NCBI GenBank assembly: GCA_023473785.1
Contig: JAMCYD010000001.1
Location: 1-48,486 of the forward strand
DNA: 48,486 nucleotides
Source: Patescibacteria group bacterium
GTDB taxonomy: Bacteria; Patescibacteriota; Microgenomatia; Levybacterales; UBA12049
Direction: 5' to 3'
The notes under the pieces are model-generated. The model worked only from the letters and a program-made list of their open reading frames with translations, did not search any database and had not been told where the DNA came from. Below, piece after piece: positions 1-8,740 of the stretch (position 1 is its first letter; every line of letters starts with the position of its first letter). Made by a program: the position numbers and the translations under genes.

Positions 1-43
1 CGACAATTTTTCTTTTTTCAACTGTTAATTTCTCTCGCTTCAT
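1..43 (-). CDS. First 14 codons of a gene that runs off the left edge. The N-terminus MKREKLTVEKRKIV resembles ribosomal protein L25/Ctc N-termini.
   Basis: The reverse complement of 1..43 reads ATG AAG CGA GAG AAA TTA ACA GTT GAA AAA AGA AAA ATT GTC. A TAGAAT -10-like box lies 9 nt upstream on the minus strand. The fragment is too short for certainty. Confidence 0.3.
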   Translation of the reverse strand, partial: MKREKLTVEKRKIV

Positions 44-93
44 TAGGTTTATATTCTACATTAACTTTTACTTTATTACAACACTTACTTTAG

Positions 94-102
94 TGGTATA
101 AT
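94..102 (+). promoter_or_regulatory. Extended -10 box TGGTATAAT upstream of ruvC
   Basis: TGGTATAAT ends 11 nt before the ATG at 114. There is no Shine-Dalgarno in between. Confidence 0.45.
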
Positions 103-113
103 TTACTCAACTT

Positions 114-602
114 ATGCGAGTATTAGGCATAGATCCGGGAATTGCCAGAACAGGCTGGGGAATTATAGAAGAAAGCAGCGGTAAATTTTTGGCTCTTGAT
201 TATGGTTGTTTTGAAACACCTTCAAGTCTTGAGACGCCAAAAAGACTTTCTGAAATTTACGATAAGATTATAAGTTTAATAAATAAGTACAAAGTTAAGG
301 CGCTTTCGGTTGAAGAGCTTTTTTTCAACACCAATGCAAAAACCGCTTTTGTAGTCGGGCAGGCAAGGGGAGTGGTGCTATTAGCAGGAGCCCAAAAGAA
401 AATAGAAATAGAAGTTTATACGCCCTTGCAAGTGAAAATTGCTATTTCAGGATACGGGAGGGCAGAAAAAGCACAGGTTGGAAAAATGGTAAAAACAATT
501 CTCAATCTTAAGGAAATTCCAAGACCTGACGATACGGCAGATGCTCTGGCAGTGGGACTTACGCATTTATTTTCAAGAAAAGTAGGTAAGCATGATAGGT
601 AG
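114..602 (+). CDS. ruvC: Crossover junction endodeoxyribonuclease RuvC
   Basis: The N-terminus MRVLGIDPGIARTGWGII and the C-terminal DDTADALAVGLTH acidic motif are typical of RuvC. The gene is followed by ruvA and ruvB. Confidence 0.9.
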   Translation: MRVLGIDPGIARTGWGIIEESSGKFLALDYGCFETPSSLETPKRLSEIYDKIISLINKYKVKALSVEELFFNTNAKTAFVVGQARGVVLLAGAQKKIEIEVYTPLQVKIAISGYGRAEKAQVGKMVKTILNLKEIPRPDDTADALAVGLTHLFSRKVGKHDR

Positions 603-1167
603 TCTTAAAGGAAAAGTAGAATTAAAAGACGCAACTACGCTGATTATTGATGTAAACGGAGTAGGCTATAAGGTAACGGTTGCGGCAGATGTTCTAGGGA
701 GTGCCGTACTTGGATCACAGATTAAAATATATACTTATACTTATGTCCGTGAGGATGTTTTGGAGCTTTTCGGATTTTCCCAGGCTGAAGATTTAAAACT
801 TTTCGAAAGAATAATCTCAGTCTCAGGCATTGGCCCTCGAAGTGCAATAAATATTTTTTCAGTAGGAAATAGGGAAAATATAATTGAGGCAGTTATTAAA
901 GGAGATGTAGAGTTTTTTACTCAAGTGCCAAGACTTGGCAGGAAAAACGCCCAGAAAATTATCATTGAGCTTCGGGGAAAACTTGGAAGCCTTGAAGATC
1001 TGGATTTATCTCAAGAGACAGATGGCGAATCAATAGAAGTCTTAAGTGCTCTTAAGGGTTTTGGATTTAGCGCAAAAGAAGCAAGAGAAGCGATTAAAAA
1101 CATTGATAAAAAGATAGAAGGAGTGGAGGAAAAGGTAAGACTGGCATTAAAATACTTAGGAAAATGA
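592..1167 (+). CDS. ruvA: Holliday junction DNA helicase subunit RuvA
   Basis: MIGSLKGKV...VNGVGYKV has the OB fold start. HhH motifs are present ([23 protein letters not shown]). The start overlaps the ruvC stop. Confidence 0.9.
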   Translation: MIGSLKGKVELKDATTLIIDVNGVGYKVTVAADVLGSAVLGSQIKIYTYTYVREDVLELFGFSQAEDLKLFERIISVSGIGPRSAINIFSVGNRENIIEAVIKGDVEFFTQVPRLGRKNAQKIIIELRGKLGSLEDLDLSQETDGESIEVLSALKGFGFSAKEAREAIKNIDKKIEGVEEKVRLALKYLGK

Positions 1168-2198
1168 AAAATAAACCAACGAAGAGAAAAATTGAGGAAA
1201 CAGAACCGGAGGAAGAAGTTCTTTTTACATCCCTTAGGGTTTCGGAATGGACCGGGTTTTTAGGACAAGCACAGGTTAAAGAGTCTCTGCAGATTGCTAT
1301 AAATGCTGCAAGGAAACGGAAAGAAGCAATAGAGCATATACTTTTGTATGGTCCGCCCGGACTTGGTAAGACGACCCTTTCTCATTTAATCGCCAGGGAA
1401 ATGGGAAGTAATATCAGAGTTACCAGTGGACCGGCGATTGAGAGGGCAGGGGACTTGGCATCTATTCTGACCAATCTTGAAAAAGGCGACATATTATTTA
1501 TTGATGAGATTCACAGACTTAATAAAGTAGTTGAGGAGACGCTTTATCCGGCCATGGAAGATTATGCTTTGGATATTGTTCTTGGCAAAGGACCATCGGC
1601 CCGGACACTCCGACTTGAACTTCCGCAATTTACAATTATAGGCGCAACTACCCGAATCGGGCTTATGTCTGCCCCTCTTCGTGATCGTTTCGGCGTAGTT
1701 CACAGACTCAGTTTTTATGATCCGACTGAGCTTGAGATAATTATAGAGAATGCCGCCAGAAAACTTAAGGTCGCAATTGATAAGGAAAGTGTCAAGCAGA
1801 TTGCCAAGAGAGCAAGGGGAACTCCTCGAATTGGTTTGAAATTATTAAAACGTGCAAGGGATTTTGCGCAGGTAAAAGGAGAGGGAAAAATTACAAAAGA
1901 ATTGGTTTCGGAGGCCTTGAAAATGCTTGAGGTCGATGAGATGGGCCTTGATAGTTCTGATCGAAGATTCTTAAAGGCAATAATCGACAAGCATGGGGGT
2001 GGGCCGGTCGGTCTTGAAACTATTGCATCAACGATATCTGAAGATGTCGGAACACTTGAAGAGGTAATAGAGCCATATCTTCTTCAGATCGGATTTATAA
2101 AAAGGACTTCAAGAGGAAGAGTCGCCACCCCCGCCGCCTACGAACATTTAGGTAAAAAACTCCCCGAAGAATCCAAAAAACAACAGAGATTGATATAG
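1164..2198 (+). CDS. ruvB: Holliday junction ATP-dependent DNA helicase RuvB
   Basis: Walker A is GPPGLGKTT and Walker B is LFIDEIHRL. The region around [17 protein letters not shown] is RuvB-like. ATGA overlap with the ruvA stop. Confidence 0.95.
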   Translation: MKNKPTKRKIEETEPEEEVLFTSLRVSEWTGFLGQAQVKESLQIAINAARKRKEAIEHILLYGPPGLGKTTLSHLIAREMGSNIRVTSGPAIERAGDLASILTNLEKGDILFIDEIHRLNKVVEETLYPAMEDYALDIVLGKGPSARTLRLELPQFTIIGATTRIGLMSAPLRDRFGVVHRLSFYDPTELEIIIENAARKLKVAIDKESVKQIAKRARGTPRIGLKLLKRARDFAQVKGEGKITKELVSEALKMLEVDEMGLDSSDRRFLKAIIDKHGGGPVGLETIASTISEDVGTLEEVIEPYLLQIGFIKRTSRGRVATPAAYEHLGKKLPEESKKQQRLI

Positions 2199-2224
2199 CC
2201 TCCTCATTTATAATTTATTTATTG

Positions 2225-2253
2225 TTGACATTGGAAATACTCAGTAGTATTAT
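2225..2253 (+). promoter_or_regulatory. Sigma70-type promoter TTGACA-17 nt-TATTAT
   Basis: TTGACA at 2225..2230, a 17-nt spacer, TATTAT at 2248..2253, then 11 nt to the ATG at 2265. Confidence 0.5.
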
Positions 2254-2264
2254 CGGCAATACAT

Positions 2265-3041
2265 ATGAATAAAAGAGAGGGTAATATCATTGAATTTCCC
2301 GATCAAAGACCAGCAAGAGGATCTATTCCTCAATTTATCAAAAGGGAGATGCCTGTCTATGAATCTCCAATTACATACGACATACAAGATATAGAAGCAA
2401 TTTGGAGGACAATACAGCACCCTCTTATCTTTGAAAGAGGTCAATGGCGATTAATGGATGACCCTCCTTACTTTAGGATTGGACCGTATACCGTTGATCC
2501 AATTACCGCTCCCTTTTTGTATCTTCCCAAAGGAGAAGGGTACATAGGCTTAGACCTTGCGATTGCCCTACCGGAAAGCTCCATAATAAGACAAAACAGC
2601 TCAGGCGGTTTCAGAGGAAAGTTCAGAAGAGCTCTCAGAAAATTTGTAGATGAAGAGCTAGAAACAGGGGATTTTAACACTGATGTGATGGACATAAGAC
2701 GTGTTATTAGACCAAAAGGCTTTTTTGATAGCCTCTTTCATGGTAATGAGATTTTGGAAAACGAGAGAGTTGCCAATATTTACCCTAGAGGTCACTTTAA
2801 TTTTGACTTCCCGCGACCCGGAAATATTCTCCAGTTGCAAGCAGGACTCGAAACAGGATTAAACATAGCAATTGTTTATGCAACCGAACTTTTAAGAAGG
2901 GAGAGGATCTTAATTCCGACAACAAGAATTGTCATTGGTGATCCGAATAAATTTGTAGATGATGATAATCCTATAACTCCAGGTGGTAAAGAACACATGC
3001 GTAAAGAAGCTATTGCGAGAGCGGTGTTAGACAAATATTAG
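2265..3041 (+). CDS. Hypothetical protein (258 aa); no recognisable motif
   Basis: Long ORF with its own consensus promoter and a complex, non-repetitive composition. I recognise no family. Confidence 0.6.
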   Translation: MNKREGNIIEFPDQRPARGSIPQFIKREMPVYESPITYDIQDIEAIWRTIQHPLIFERGQWRLMDDPPYFRIGPYTVDPITAPFLYLPKGEGYIGLDLAIALPESSIIRQNSSGGFRGKFRRALRKFVDEELETGDFNTDVMDIRRVIRPKGFFDSLFHGNEILENERVANIYPRGHFNFDFPRPGNILQLQAGLETGLNIAIVYATELLRRERILIPTTRIVIGDPNKFVDDDNPITPGGKEHMRKEAIARAVLDKY

Positions 3042-3063
3042 AGACTAATGATAAGGAGGGATC

Positions 3064-3621
3064 TCATCCGCCCAGACCATGGACGCCACCTTCAGAAGTA
3101 GATGGATAACTACGGGATGGACCATTTAAATACATTTCTTTTAAAACTCTCTTCAAATTATTTTCATTCATTCCATTGTCTTCTTGGACTCTGTCTATAA
3201 CAAGTCTGCCTTCGTTGTCCAAGCATAATGTTATACCAAAATACTCCATGTATGACCAACTGCCATCTTTTGGATTTAGTCCTGCCTTCCATTTTCCAAA
3301 AAAACCTCCTATTGTTCTTGTTCTACCCACTGTCCAAGTAGCAAGTCTTTTTGGTTCGTAGCTTGATATTTCTTCGTGATATTCAAATGCAAAACTTGGC
3401 CATGTCGCGCGTCCAAGATCTCGCATTAATCTGTCTACCATCGGTTTGACCGGTCCAATATGCCTTCTGATAAACCTCCTGCGCTCTTCCTCAGTTTTTT
3501 GTCTCTCTCTTTCCCATTCTCTTTCTCTTTTGGCGTCCCTTCTGGATTCTTCCGCCTTTCTTCTTGTCTCTTCGAGTTCAGTTTCTCTTTTTGCCCTCCT
3601 TAATTCGTTCTCAAACCCCAT
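3064..3621 (-). CDS. Hypothetical protein (185 aa) with an extremely charged E/R-rich N-terminal helix and a globular C-terminal part
   Basis: ORF with an AGGAG Shine-Dalgarno 5 nt before the ATG on the minus strand. Residues 5-55 are almost only E/R/K, consistent with a coiled-coil or single alpha helix. Confidence 0.6.
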   Translation of the reverse strand: MGFENELRRAKRETELEETRRKAEESRRDAKREREWERERQKTEEERRRFIRRHIGPVKPMVDRLMRDLGRATWPSFAFEYHEEISSYEPKRLATWTVGRTRTIGGFFGKWKAGLNPKDGSWSYMEYFGITLCLDNEGRLVIDRVQEDNGMNENNLKRVLKEMYLNGPSRSYPSTSEGGVHGLGG

Positions 3622-3913
3622 TTTTCTCCTATTCTTCGAACGGCTGCTATATTGACTCTTTTTATTAACTCTTCAGAACCATTTCTATCTGGATGAAAGA
3701 ATTCTGTCTTTTCCAGTTATTCCTTAAATCTTTCAGCCATTCTAATACAAAACCAGCAACTCTTAAATGTGCCGATTTTGAACTTTTCTAGATCTCATAT
3801 TTATTTAATTTGCGATTTGAGCCGTAAAATCTTTCGTGTGGTAGATTATACATCAAATCTTTTAAAATACAAATTTAGAAAAGGGAAATATTTTCCTGGA
3901 AATTATAATTACC

Positions 3914-3942
3914 TTGACAAATAATTGTTATAAATATATTAT
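3914..3942 (+). promoter_or_regulatory. Sigma70-type promoter TTGACA-17 nt-TATTAT
   Basis: TTGACA at 3914..3919, a 17-nt spacer, TATTAT at 3937..3942, then 9 nt to the ATG at 3952. A GGAAA-TAT-TTTCC inverted repeat at 3884..3896 sits just upstream. Confidence 0.5.
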
Positions 3943-3951
3943 AAACCCAAT

Positions 3952-4431
3952 ATGGCAGAGGATAGAGAAGCCAGCGGATTAGCTGCAAGGGGTGTTTCTC
4001 GAGAAGGAGCAAGACAACCAGAAAGAAAAACTGAAACTTTTGGTGGACACATTGAAGAACCAACATTACATGAGAGGGCTAGTCGGGGTTTCCAGTTTGT
4101 CTTCAAAGGCGCCCCTCGTACTAAAGGTGAGTATACAGTAACGGATAGTTTTCGTCTTGGAGAAGGACATATTAATGAGGAAGGGGTTTATGTATATTCG
4201 CACGTGGGCGTAGAGCATACGGTTCAGCTTAATAATCCAAATCCAGAAGCAACCGGAGAAGATCCATATAATTTTAATTCTGGTAAGCCGCAGACTTTTC
4301 ATTCCGAGTACTATCCGAAACATAATGTATCCGCAAGAATCGTTCCGGTTCCATTACCGGGCGCAGGAGGAGAAGAGCCAAAAGTTGAACTGCAAATAAC
4401 GGCAAGTGGCTCAATTATCCCTCCTTTTTAA
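3952..4431 (+). CDS. Hypothetical protein (159 aa) with a charged, probably disordered N-terminus
   Basis: ORF directly behind a consensus promoter. I recognise no family. Confidence 0.55.
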   Translation: MAEDREASGLAARGVSREGARQPERKTETFGGHIEEPTLHERASRGFQFVFKGAPRTKGEYTVTDSFRLGEGHINEEGVYVYSHVGVEHTVQLNNPNPEATGEDPYNFNSGKPQTFHSEYYPKHNVSARIVPVPLPGAGGEEPKVELQITASGSIIPPF

Positions 4432-4496
4432 AAATTATTTTTTCAAGATACATTTTTCAGTTGTCTGATTTTGAATACGCATGATACACTATCATT

Positions 4497-4838
4497 ATGG
4501 TATTACCTTTTTCTCCATCAATAACTAAGAACGGTTTTATATTTACATCAGGACAAGTTTACTTAACCCCAGAAGGCAAGCTCCTTGAAGGAACAATTGA
4601 AGACCAGACGCATCAAGTTATGAAAAATCTCCAAAGCATTCTTGAGAAAGCAGGGGTATCATTTAATAATGTAGTTAAGACAACTATATACACAACGGAC
4701 ATGTCTTTGTATGGGGAAATAAGTGAAGTTTATGTAAGCTATTTCAAAGAGCCTTTTCCTGCTAGGGAATTCGTATGTGTCAAAGAATTGCCTCTTGGAG
4801 CAAGACTTGAGATCTCCATGGTTGCCGTAAATGAATAA
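4497..4838 (+). CDS. ridA: RidA/YjgF/L-PSP family reactive intermediate deaminase
   Basis: FTSGQV...THQVMKNLQSILEKAG...VVKTTIYTTDM...PAREFVCVKELPLGARLEI matches the YjgF/RidA pattern. The length of 113 aa is typical. Confidence 0.85.
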   Translation: MVLPFSPSITKNGFIFTSGQVYLTPEGKLLEGTIEDQTHQVMKNLQSILEKAGVSFNNVVKTTIYTTDMSLYGEISEVYVSYFKEPFPAREFVCVKELPLGARLEISMVAVNE

Positions 4839-4844
4839 AACTTC

Positions 4845-4853
4845 TGATATAAT
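4845..4853 (+). promoter_or_regulatory. Extended -10 TGATATAAT placed 6 nt before the start codon (leaderless arrangement)
   Basis: TGATATAAT-TGCCCC-ATG(4860). Confidence 0.5.
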
Positions 4854-4859
4854 TGCCCC

Positions 4860-5390
4860 ATGAATATACGTATTGTTCTATTGCCAGATAAAACAGGCGG
4901 TGAAACTTTTGAAAAATATTCAGAACTTATAAATGAAAAATTTTCTTGTCTCTTTCGGTTAGGAAAGAATTGTATTCCTCACGTAACTTTATTACACATT
5001 GAAATAGAAGATAAAAAAGTACAAGAGATCAGGGAAGAATTAGAAAATATTGCAAAAGAAACAGATAAAATCTTCCTCATTTTTAAATATGCAAGGCATG
5101 GGACTGAGTCAAAAGCCTTTATTGGACTCTATTTTAAAGATAATGATAAGGTAATACATCTAAGAGATAAAATTCACGAACAGATAAGTGGGTATATTTC
5201 AAATACGGCTTCATATAAAATTCCTCATCTAACCTTAACCAGGCTTAAAAACGAGGAAGATGTAGATAGTGTAGTTTTACAATTGGCTAATTTTCCCAAA
5301 AACAGCATTGTGTTTTCTCAGATCGCAATATGTGAGAGTGGTCGAAACGGGACATGCGTAGGAATATCTGAATCTTACAGTCTTAACTAA
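4860..5390 (+). CDS. 2H phosphoesterase superfamily protein (LigT / 2'-5' RNA ligase-like)
   Basis: Two H-x-T-x motifs are present at the expected spacing: PHVTLLH and PHLTLTR. Confidence 0.7.
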   Translation: MNIRIVLLPDKTGGETFEKYSELINEKFSCLFRLGKNCIPHVTLLHIEIEDKKVQEIREELENIAKETDKIFLIFKYARHGTESKAFIGLYFKDNDKVIHLRDKIHEQISGYISNTASYKIPHLTLTRLKNEEDVDSVVLQLANFPKNSIVFSQIAICESGRNGTCVGISESYSLN

Positions 5391-5414
5391 TTGGTGTTTG
5401 ATATTATTTTCCAT

Positions 5415-5984
5415 ATGAACAACACATTTTATTTCCTTAGACACGGAAAAACCAAGATTGATAAAAATGCACCAGTTAGCAGATGGGTACTTTCGGAAGT
5501 GGGGGAAAAGCAGGCAAGTCAACTGACAAGAGAGGGTGTTTTTGATGACATTGACCTTATCTTTTCTTCTACAGAGGATAAGGCTTATAAAACTGTTCTA
5601 CCTATTGCCGAGAAATTGGGCAAAAAAGTAATCAAGCTGGAAGCGATATGTGAGATCAACAGGGACAATAGTGGTTTTTTAGAAATGGAAGAGTATGAAA
5701 AAACAATAGGGCAATGTCTCAAAAACCCAGATAAATCATTCAATAGTTGGGAGACCGCAAATCATGCTCTTGAAAGATTTTCTAAGCAAATCTCTGAGCT
5801 AGATAAAGAATATTCAAATAAAAAAATTTTAGTGGTTGGACATGGCTTTACTATCAATATGTATTTTGCAAAACTTCTGGGTGTCCTTGATAAAGTTTAC
5901 GAAAGACTGAGCAGAAACGATTTTGCCGATTGGGGAATAGTAAAGAATCAAGCAGTCGTTAAGGATATAGCAAAACAGGCTTAG
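5415..5984 (+). CDS. Histidine phosphatase family protein (phosphoglycerate mutase-like)
   Basis: An RHG motif lies at the N-terminus (FYFLRHGKT) and a later VVGHG histidine is present. I prefer the ATG at 5415 over the TTG at 5391 because TGATATTAT (5399..5407) lies 7 nt upstream of 5415. Confidence 0.75.
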   Translation: MNNTFYFLRHGKTKIDKNAPVSRWVLSEVGEKQASQLTREGVFDDIDLIFSSTEDKAYKTVLPIAEKLGKKVIKLEAICEINRDNSGFLEMEEYEKTIGQCLKNPDKSFNSWETANHALERFSKQISELDKEYSNKKILVVGHGFTINMYFAKLLGVLDKVYERLSRNDFADWGIVKNQAVVKDIAKQA

Positions 5985-6025
5985 TAGAATAATTTTCTGT
6001 TCATTGCTCCGATTATCTAGTTATG

Positions 6026-7558
6026 TTATGAAATTTCCTGCTTGGGTCTGAATTGCAGAGCTTCTGCGACATGCGTTGGTTTTATATTTTTTGACTGCTC
6101 AAGGTCAGCGATAGTGCGGGCAAGTTTTATGGTTCTCTGGTATGAGCGGGCCGAAAGCTTCATTTTGGTGACTGCCAAACGCAACAGCTCAAGACAGTCT
6201 TTTGTTAAAACACAAAACTCTTTTATATCCTTATTTCCCATCTCGGAATTTGAGGTAATTTTTTTATCTCTGAATCTTTTGGTCTGCAGATCGCGTGCAA
6301 TTTGCACTCTTTTTCTTATATCTCTTGATGTTTCTCTTTTTGTTTTGGAATCATCTACTGTTAATTTCTCAATTTTTACAGCTGGTACATCCAGATGAAT
6401 GTCTATGCGATCAAGCATGGGACCTGATATTTTCTTTTGGTATCTAATGATTTGAGATGGTCCACACCGGCACTGTCGGGTGTTATCCCCAAGATATCCA
6501 CAGGGACAAGGATTCTGAGCGGCGACCAGCATAAATTTGGCTGGAAAATTTATCCGGCCTGATGATCTTGAAATAGTCACGTTTCCATCTTCCAGAGGCT
6601 GTCTTAGTGCTTCAAGAACATAACGGGGGAATTCTGCAAATTCATCCAGAAACAAAACGCCTCTGTGCGCCAGGGAAATTTCTCCGGGCTTTGGCATTGT
6701 TCCTCCTCCGATGAGTCCAATATGCGATGTGGTGTGATGAGGGGACCTAAATGGCCTTTTTACGACTAGTGACTCTTTATCTAGAAGGCCTGAGATGCTA
6801 TATATCTTTGTCACCTCAAGTGCCTCTTCAAAAGTAAGGCGGGGGAGAATGGATGGTAGAGTTCGGGCAAGCAGAGTTTTTCCGGCACCTGGAGGACCCT
6901 TAAAAAGGATGTTGTGAGAGCCGGCGGCTGCAATTTCAAGTGCTCTTTTTGCCTGTTCCTGTCCTTTGATATCAGACATATCAAGATCAAAAAGATCGTC
7001 TTTGAAGTAAGATTTAATATTTATGTGTCTTTGGGGAGTTATTTGCTTTTGCCCGTTTAGATGATAGAAAAGGGAGAGAAGAGTTAGGACAGGAATGATT
7101 TGGATGTTGGTTAAAATTGCTCCTTCTTTGGCATTTACCAAAGGCAAAAAGATCCTTTTTAATTTTTTGTCTTTGGCCAATATAGCCTGAGGTAATACTC
7201 CATTTGTCTGACGAAGTCTGCCATCGAGTGAAAGTTCGCCCATAAAAATCGCATCCTCAATATCTGCTTTTAACTGCTCTGAGGCAAGAAGAATTCCCAA
7301 AGCAATAGGTAGGTCATAAGAAGGTCCTTCTTTTGGAAGATCTGCCGGTGCCAGATTGACTGTGATTCTTTTGGCCGGAAAATCAGCGCCTGAGTTTTTA
7401 ATCGCACTTCTTACTCTTTCCCTTGACTCCTCAACCGCTTTATCCGGAAGTCCTACAATCGTAAAGCTGGGGAGTCCTTGAGACGCCACGTCAACTTCAA
7501 CCTCAACCGGTACCGCATCAAGACCGACAATCGCTGCGGAGTTAACCTTTGCGAGCAT
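6026..7558 (-). CDS. comM: YifB/ComM family Mg-chelatase-like ATPase
   Basis: An N-terminal Lon-protease-like domain begins MLAKVNSAAIVGLDAVPVEVEVD. Walker A is GPPGAGKT and Walker B is LFLDEFAEF. A CPCGY...C.C zinc motif and a C-terminal ALQFR are present. Confidence 0.9.
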   Translation of the reverse strand: MLAKVNSAAIVGLDAVPVEVEVDVASQGLPSFTIVGLPDKAVEESRERVRSAIKNSGADFPAKRITVNLAPADLPKEGPSYDLPIALGILLASEQLKADIEDAIFMGELSLDGRLRQTNGVLPQAILAKDKKLKRIFLPLVNAKEGAILTNIQIIPVLTLLSLFYHLNGQKQITPQRHINIKSYFKDDLFDLDMSDIKGQEQAKRALEIAAAGSHNILFKGPPGAGKTLLARTLPSILPRLTFEEALEVTKIYSISGLLDKESLVVKRPFRSPHHTTSHIGLIGGGTMPKPGEISLAHRGVLFLDEFAEFPRYVLEALRQPLEDGNVTISRSSGRINFPAKFMLVAAQNPCPCGYLGDNTRQCRCGPSQIIRYQKKISGPMLDRIDIHLDVPAVKIEKLTVDDSKTKRETSRDIRKRVQIARDLQTKRFRDKKITSNSEMGNKDIKEFCVLTKDCLELLRLAVTKMKLSARSYQRTIKLARTIADLEQSKNIKPTHVAEALQFRPKQEIS

Positions 7559-7642
7559 AAAATAATAATAACACGTTTTCTTAATCTATATCGTAAATCC
7601 TGAATTCTTCAAGAATCTATGTGTTATAATGCCCTTTACCAT

Positions 7643-8686
7643 ATGAGGTCGCATGAATCCCAGCCCTTAAATCTTGATATACCAAATACCGATCTTATTG
7701 AAGATTTAAAAAGAAAACATCTCATAAAAGATGGTTCTCCTTTTTGGTGGGGAACTGATAATCTTCCTGATCCAAGAGAATATATGCCCTTTGGGGAGTT
7801 TCTTGGAAAACTGGCTCATATAGGAATTGCAAAAACGACGACATATAGAAGAAGCATGTGGGGAGATCCAGATCTAGAGCATGATATTTACTTATATCCC
7901 CAGCCTCGTGTTCCGATGACTGTTATGGAGCTTGAAGTGAATGGACGATCCCTGCCCTTACTAATAACAGCAAGGCCGTATCATGAGAAAGAACTTCGCT
8001 CAGAGCCATTTAGCCGTTTTTTGCGTGAGCATCCAACTATTGATGATTTACGGGGATATGTGGCATCAGGTGGAACGGTAGAGCTTCCCGGACATTTTTA
8101 TCCTCACGTAAGAGGATTATTTGCCGGAAGAAGAGGTAATAATTACTTCTGGTATCTTATGCATATTACTGGTTTTCGGTTTGGAGATGATGTGAAAAGC
8201 GCAATGAAGAATAAGGGATTTCCATTTATCGGTTTTCACGAGCCCTGGTATGCGGCAAATAGAACTTATTATGATGTATGGTCTGAGTTGGAAGGAAAAT
8301 CAGATTTGGTAGACACGGGAAGGCCACGATGGATTGACTTTGAAGCAACTGAAGTGTCTGCTGAAAAATTTATTAAAGATCATAATAATTCAGATTTATT
8401 ATTGTTTTACCCCCTAAGAGTAGAGGGAATAGAGAAAACTCTTCCTCTTGCCATAGCCTCAAAATCGCACAAAGAAAGTATTATAAGAAAACCTATTGTA
8501 CTAGGAATTTATGCAGAGAACGGTTTAACTGGGAGGTGTAGAAGAGGTGGAATAATCAGGATAAAAGACAGACAACTTGCGCAGACAATAAGTACGGCTA
8601 TTTCAGAAGAGTTCGGAATTCCAGTTGACACCTTGCTTTTTACTCCGCAAAAAGGAAAACCAAAATACGAAAGAATATCAACTTAG
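7643..8686 (+). CDS. Hypothetical protein (347 aa), W/H/R/P-rich, no recognised family
   Basis: Long ORF. The ATG at 7619 overlaps the -10 box TGTTATAAT (7622..7630), so the ATG at 7643, 12 nt downstream of the box, is preferred. Confidence 0.6.
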   Translation: MRSHESQPLNLDIPNTDLIEDLKRKHLIKDGSPFWWGTDNLPDPREYMPFGEFLGKLAHIGIAKTTTYRRSMWGDPDLEHDIYLYPQPRVPMTVMELEVNGRSLPLLITARPYHEKELRSEPFSRFLREHPTIDDLRGYVASGGTVELPGHFYPHVRGLFAGRRGNNYFWYLMHITGFRFGDDVKSAMKNKGFPFIGFHEPWYAANRTYYDVWSELEGKSDLVDTGRPRWIDFEATEVSAEKFIKDHNNSDLLLFYPLRVEGIEKTLPLAIASKSHKESIIRKPIVLGIYAENGLTGRCRRGGIIRIKDRQLAQTISTAISEEFGIPVDTLLFTPQKGKPKYERIST

Positions 8687-8706
8687 TTAATTTTTATCTC
8701 GCTCGC

Positions 8707-8735
8707 TTGACAAAAAGAACAATTACATATATAGT
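8707..8735 (+). promoter_or_regulatory. Near-consensus sigma70 promoter TTGACA-17 nt-TATAGT, 5 nt before the guaB ATG
   Basis: TTGACA at 8707..8712, a 17-nt spacer, TATAGT at 8730..8735, then AAAGT and the ATG at 8741. Confidence 0.6.
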
Positions 8736-8740
8736 AAAGT

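Noticed and set aside
1494-1990. Two minus-strand ORFs (69 and 91 aa) inside ruvB
   Set aside because: They are shadow ORFs antisense to a gene with unambiguous RuvB motifs. They have low-complexity translations and no promoter or start context.
3715-3738. 7-codon minus-strand micro-ORF (MAERFKE) in the long 3622..3951 spacer
   Set aside because: It is too short to support as coding from sequence alone and has no Shine-Dalgarno or promoter spacing. It is mentioned only as a possible leader peptide.
6042-6398. 118-aa plus-strand ORF inside comM
   Set aside because: It is antisense to a well-supported 510-aa ComM/YifB gene. Its composition (F/S/L/C rich) is typical of a reverse-frame artefact.
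7619-7642. Upstream ATG as the start of the 355-aa orphan
   Set aside because: This ATG lies on top of the TGTTATAAT -10 box (7622..7630). The ATG at 7643 fits the window-wide promoter-to-start spacing.
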